A DNA stretch of 64,000 nt from Eubacteriales bacterium. GTDB lineage: Bacteria; Bacillota; Clostridia; Oscillospirales; QAKW01. A program made the position numbers and the translations under genes. The stretch spans positions 9,411 to 73,410 of the forward strand of contig JAZPYP010000074.1 of NCBI GenBank assembly GCA_045544255.1, in the 5' to 3' direction. The notes under the pieces were generated by a model. That model saw only the letters and a list, made by a program, of their open reading frames with translations. It had not been told where the DNA came from and did not search any database. This document shows positions 61,948-64,000 of the stretch, piece after piece; position 1 is the stretch's first letter; every line of letters begins with the position of its first letter.

Positions 61948-64000
61948 ATGGTTAGTAAAGATTTTTTATCTTTTTTCAGGCGTTGTAGTTTTTCAGAAGA
62001 AGAGCGCGAGGTTTTGAAAGATGCGGTGGCAATAAAGGTGGAGGCCAGCCAAGAGCATCGTTTAATTAAAGCGCAGGTTTCTTTTAAGAGCTATTTGCCG
62101 TATAAATTTATTGAAAAAATTGAAACGCGGATCATTGAGGCTTATCAGCTTCATGCCGCAGAGATCACTCCTCTTTTTCCTGAGGTTGAATTTTCGGCGG
62201 AAATGTGGAGCGATATTATTGATGCCGCCAAGCGCAGATGCAGCGGTGTTAATGGTTTTTTAAATGATTCAGAGGTTGAACTCGCTGATCATAAGGTTAT
62301 CATTCATCTTCGTTATGGCGGATTGGATATTATGGAGGCTCTGAAAATTCCTGAAATCCTGCGCCAGATCTTTGGAAATTGGTTTGCAAAGTCTTTGGAG
62401 GTTTCCTTTGCCGGCTCTACTCAAGTTGATCAAAGCAATCTTCAGGAAATTCCGGAGCCTAAATTCGAAGAGCTTCCTCCGCCGCCTCCCAAAGAGGAGT
62501 TTGTGCAAAAAGAGCCGCCCAAAAGAGAATGGAAGCGGCCTGCACCGGTTGTAACCGAAATGCCAAAGATTCCTTTTAAGCTGACTGACAATGTGATTTA
62601 CGGGAATCATGTGGCCCGTAATTTTTATTCCCTTGATAAAGTTGCGCAGGTAACGGGAAATGTTTCTGTTATGGGAAATATCTTTAAGTGCGAAAGCAAA
62701 CCCACTTGGGATATGAAAAATGTTCGTTTTACGGTTTACATAACTGACTATACGAGCTCCATTATTTTGAAATTCATGGTTCCCCAAGAGAAGGCAGATG
62801 ACCTTTCCGGTCAATTAAAGCCCGGAAAAGCGATTGGCGCCTCCGGTCAGCCCATGTATGATAAATATGAGCAAGATAATGTGATCAATGTTAAGTGTAT
62901 CTTTGAAGCAAAATATTTGGTTCGTCAGGATTTTGCGGAAGAGAAGCGGGTTGAGCTTCATCTTCACACGAATATGTCGTCGATGGACGCAGTCAGCACC
63001 ATTGAAGACTATGTGAAAAGAGCGGCCTATTGGGGCCATGATGCGATTGCCATAACCGACCATGGGAATCTTCAAAATTATCCTGCTGCGTGTGCCGCTG
63101 CAAAAGATTACAAGTTGAAGATGATCTATGGCGTTGAGGGCTATTTGGTTGATGATACAATTCCCGGTTTTAATCCTACAGAAACCTATCGGCAGAAGAA
63201 TACTCCGCGATATCATATTATTCTTTTGGTTAAAAATATGGTTGGGCTCCGCAATCTTTATGAGTTGATCACCCTTTCCAGCATTAAGCATTTTTTCCGT
63301 AGACCGCTGATGTATCGCTCGGAAATCGAGCGTTTGCGCGAAGGGCTGATTATTGGCAGCGCTTGCGAGGCAGGGGAGTTATTCCGTTCTGTTGTGGCGG
63401 GGGCTCCTGAAGAAGAGCAATTAAAGATTGCGTCCTTTTATGATTATTTAGAAATCCAACCGCTTGGCAATAATGAATATATGATCCGCAACGGTACAGC
63501 AAAAGATGAAGAAGATCTGATTGGATATAATAAGCAGATCATTCATCTTGGTGAAGAGCTTGGGAAACCTGTTGTTGCAACTTGCGACGCTCATTTTCTT
63601 GATGCAAAAGATGAAGTGTTCCGCAGAATTTTGATGGCGGGAAATGGGTTCGCAGATGCAGATCATCAGCCCCCTCTTTATTTCCGCACTACAGAAGAAA
63701 TGCTGAAGGAATTTGACTATTTGCCCGAAAACCAAGCCTATGAAATCGTTGTTGAGAATACGCGCAAGATTGCAGCTCAAGTTGAGGAATTGATCCCGAT
63801 TCCTGTTGGAATGCGTGCTCCCGAAATGGAAGGGGCTGAAGAAGAGCTTCGAAGCATTTCTTGGGAAACTGCTCATCGCATTTATGGAGACCCTTTGCCT
63901 GAAATTGTTGAAAAACGCTTGGCTCGCGAGCTTGATTCCATTATTGGTAATGGGTATGCAGTAATGTATATGATCTCCCAAAAGCTTGTTAAAAAATCCA
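61948..64000 (+). CDS. polC: DNA polymerase III PolC-type, 3'-truncated by the window end
   Basis: Not in the ORF track because no stop codon is reached. My own translation from ATG 61948 gives MVSKDFLSFF... with an OB-fold region and the PHP domain signature RVELHLHTNMSSMDAVSTIEDYVKRAAYWGHDAIAITDHG. All minus-strand ORFs listed at 62269-63981 are its shadows. Confidence 0.92.
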   Translation, partial: MVSKDFLSFFRRCSFSEEEREVLKDAVAIKVEASQEHRLIKAQVSFKSYLPYKFIEKIETRIIEAYQLHAAEITPLFPEVEFSAEMWSDIIDAAKRRCSGVNGFLNDSEVELADHKVIIHLRYGGLDIMEALKIPEILRQIFGNWFAKSLEVSFAGSTQVDQSNLQEIPEPKFEELPPPPPKEEFVQKEPPKREWKRPAPVVTEMPKIPFKLTDNVIYGNHVARNFYSLDKVAQVTGNVSVMGNIFKCESKPTWDMKNVRFTVYITDYTSSIILKFMVPQEKADDLSGQLKPGKAIGASGQPMYDKYEQDNVINVKCIFEAKYLVRQDFAEEKRVELHLHTNMSSMDAVSTIEDYVKRAAYWGHDAIAITDHGNLQNYPAACAAAKDYKLKMIYGVEGYLVDDTIPGFNPTETYRQKNTPRYHIILLVKNMVGLRNLYELITLSSIKHFFRRPLMYRSEIERLREGLIIGSACEAGELFRSVVAGAPEEEQLKIASFYDYLEIQPLGNNEYMIRNGTAKDEEDLIGYNKQIIHLGEELGKPVVATCDAHFLDAKDEVFRRILMAGNGFADADHQPPLYFRTTEEMLKEFDYLPENQAYEIVVENTRKIAAQVEELIPIPVGMRAPEMEGAEEELRSISWETAHRIYGDPLPEIVEKRLARELDSIIGNGYAVMYMISQKLVKKS

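Noticed and set aside
62269-63981. Three minus-strand ORFs (181, 158 and 177 aa) that are the only ORFs listed after ispG.
   Set aside because: The plus strand is open from ATG 61948 to the window end and translates to an unmistakable PolC N-terminus and PHP domain. The minus-strand ORFs are its antisense shadows.
1-64000. Defence, toxin or prophage gene clusters.
   Set aside because: Every ORF above about 130 aa on the coding strand could be assigned to housekeeping, transport or cell-envelope functions or to a single orphan. None shows hallmark domains such as Cas, restriction-modification enzymes, Abi, reverse transcriptase or phage structural proteins.

Overview
This window looks like a chromosomal core segment from a Firmicutes/Clostridia-type genome. 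The evidence is its moderately low GC (by eye), T-box and TPP leaders, an AUU-start infC, PolC, an IspH-S1 fusion and an SLH-anchored surface protein. Almost all of it is densely packed, often overlapping housekeeping genes. In order these are a 5'-truncated alpha-2-macroglobulin-like giant protein, then T-box-tyrS-ybaK. On the minus strand follow rnc-acpP-plsX, trmFO-topA-dprA, a TrmH-family methyltransferase, trkA-trkH and infC-rpmI-rplT. Next come tRNA-Asp/tRNA-Thr, an HTH-fused L-serine dehydratase, mtaB, tRNA-Leu, capA-like, asnS and the livJHMGF operon. A 1206-aa transglutaminase/LRR/SLH surface protein follows with a small DHFR-like protein and a secreted nuclease, then DUF368, GH20, a flavoprotein, cmk, ispH-rpsA and miaB-ylbF-like-mutS-mutL-miaA. 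The window ends with the yggS-sepF-yggT-ylmH-divIVA-lspA-rluD cluster, TPP riboswitch-thiT, and pyrH-frr-uppS-cdsA-dxr-rseP-ispG-polC (polC is 3'-truncated and absent from the ORF track; I translated it by eye). I see no CRISPR array, integrase, transposase or recognisable defence system. Three non-coding intervals are not explained by ordinary annotation and are the main things worth a second look. (1) At 17408-17590 there is an ordered array of eight different mini-hairpins separated by a constant GTATGTAATC / GATTACAT linker, in two convergent halves. (2) At 18201-18503 a roughly 33-nt motif is placed as an inverted repeat directly after the stop codons of two convergent genes. (3) At 34458-34921 a 392-bp insert lies between two 36-bp copies of the same terminator and carries a densely structured, terminator-ended candidate ncRNA on the minus strand. 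All functional calls come from motif recognition by eye; no database search was run.
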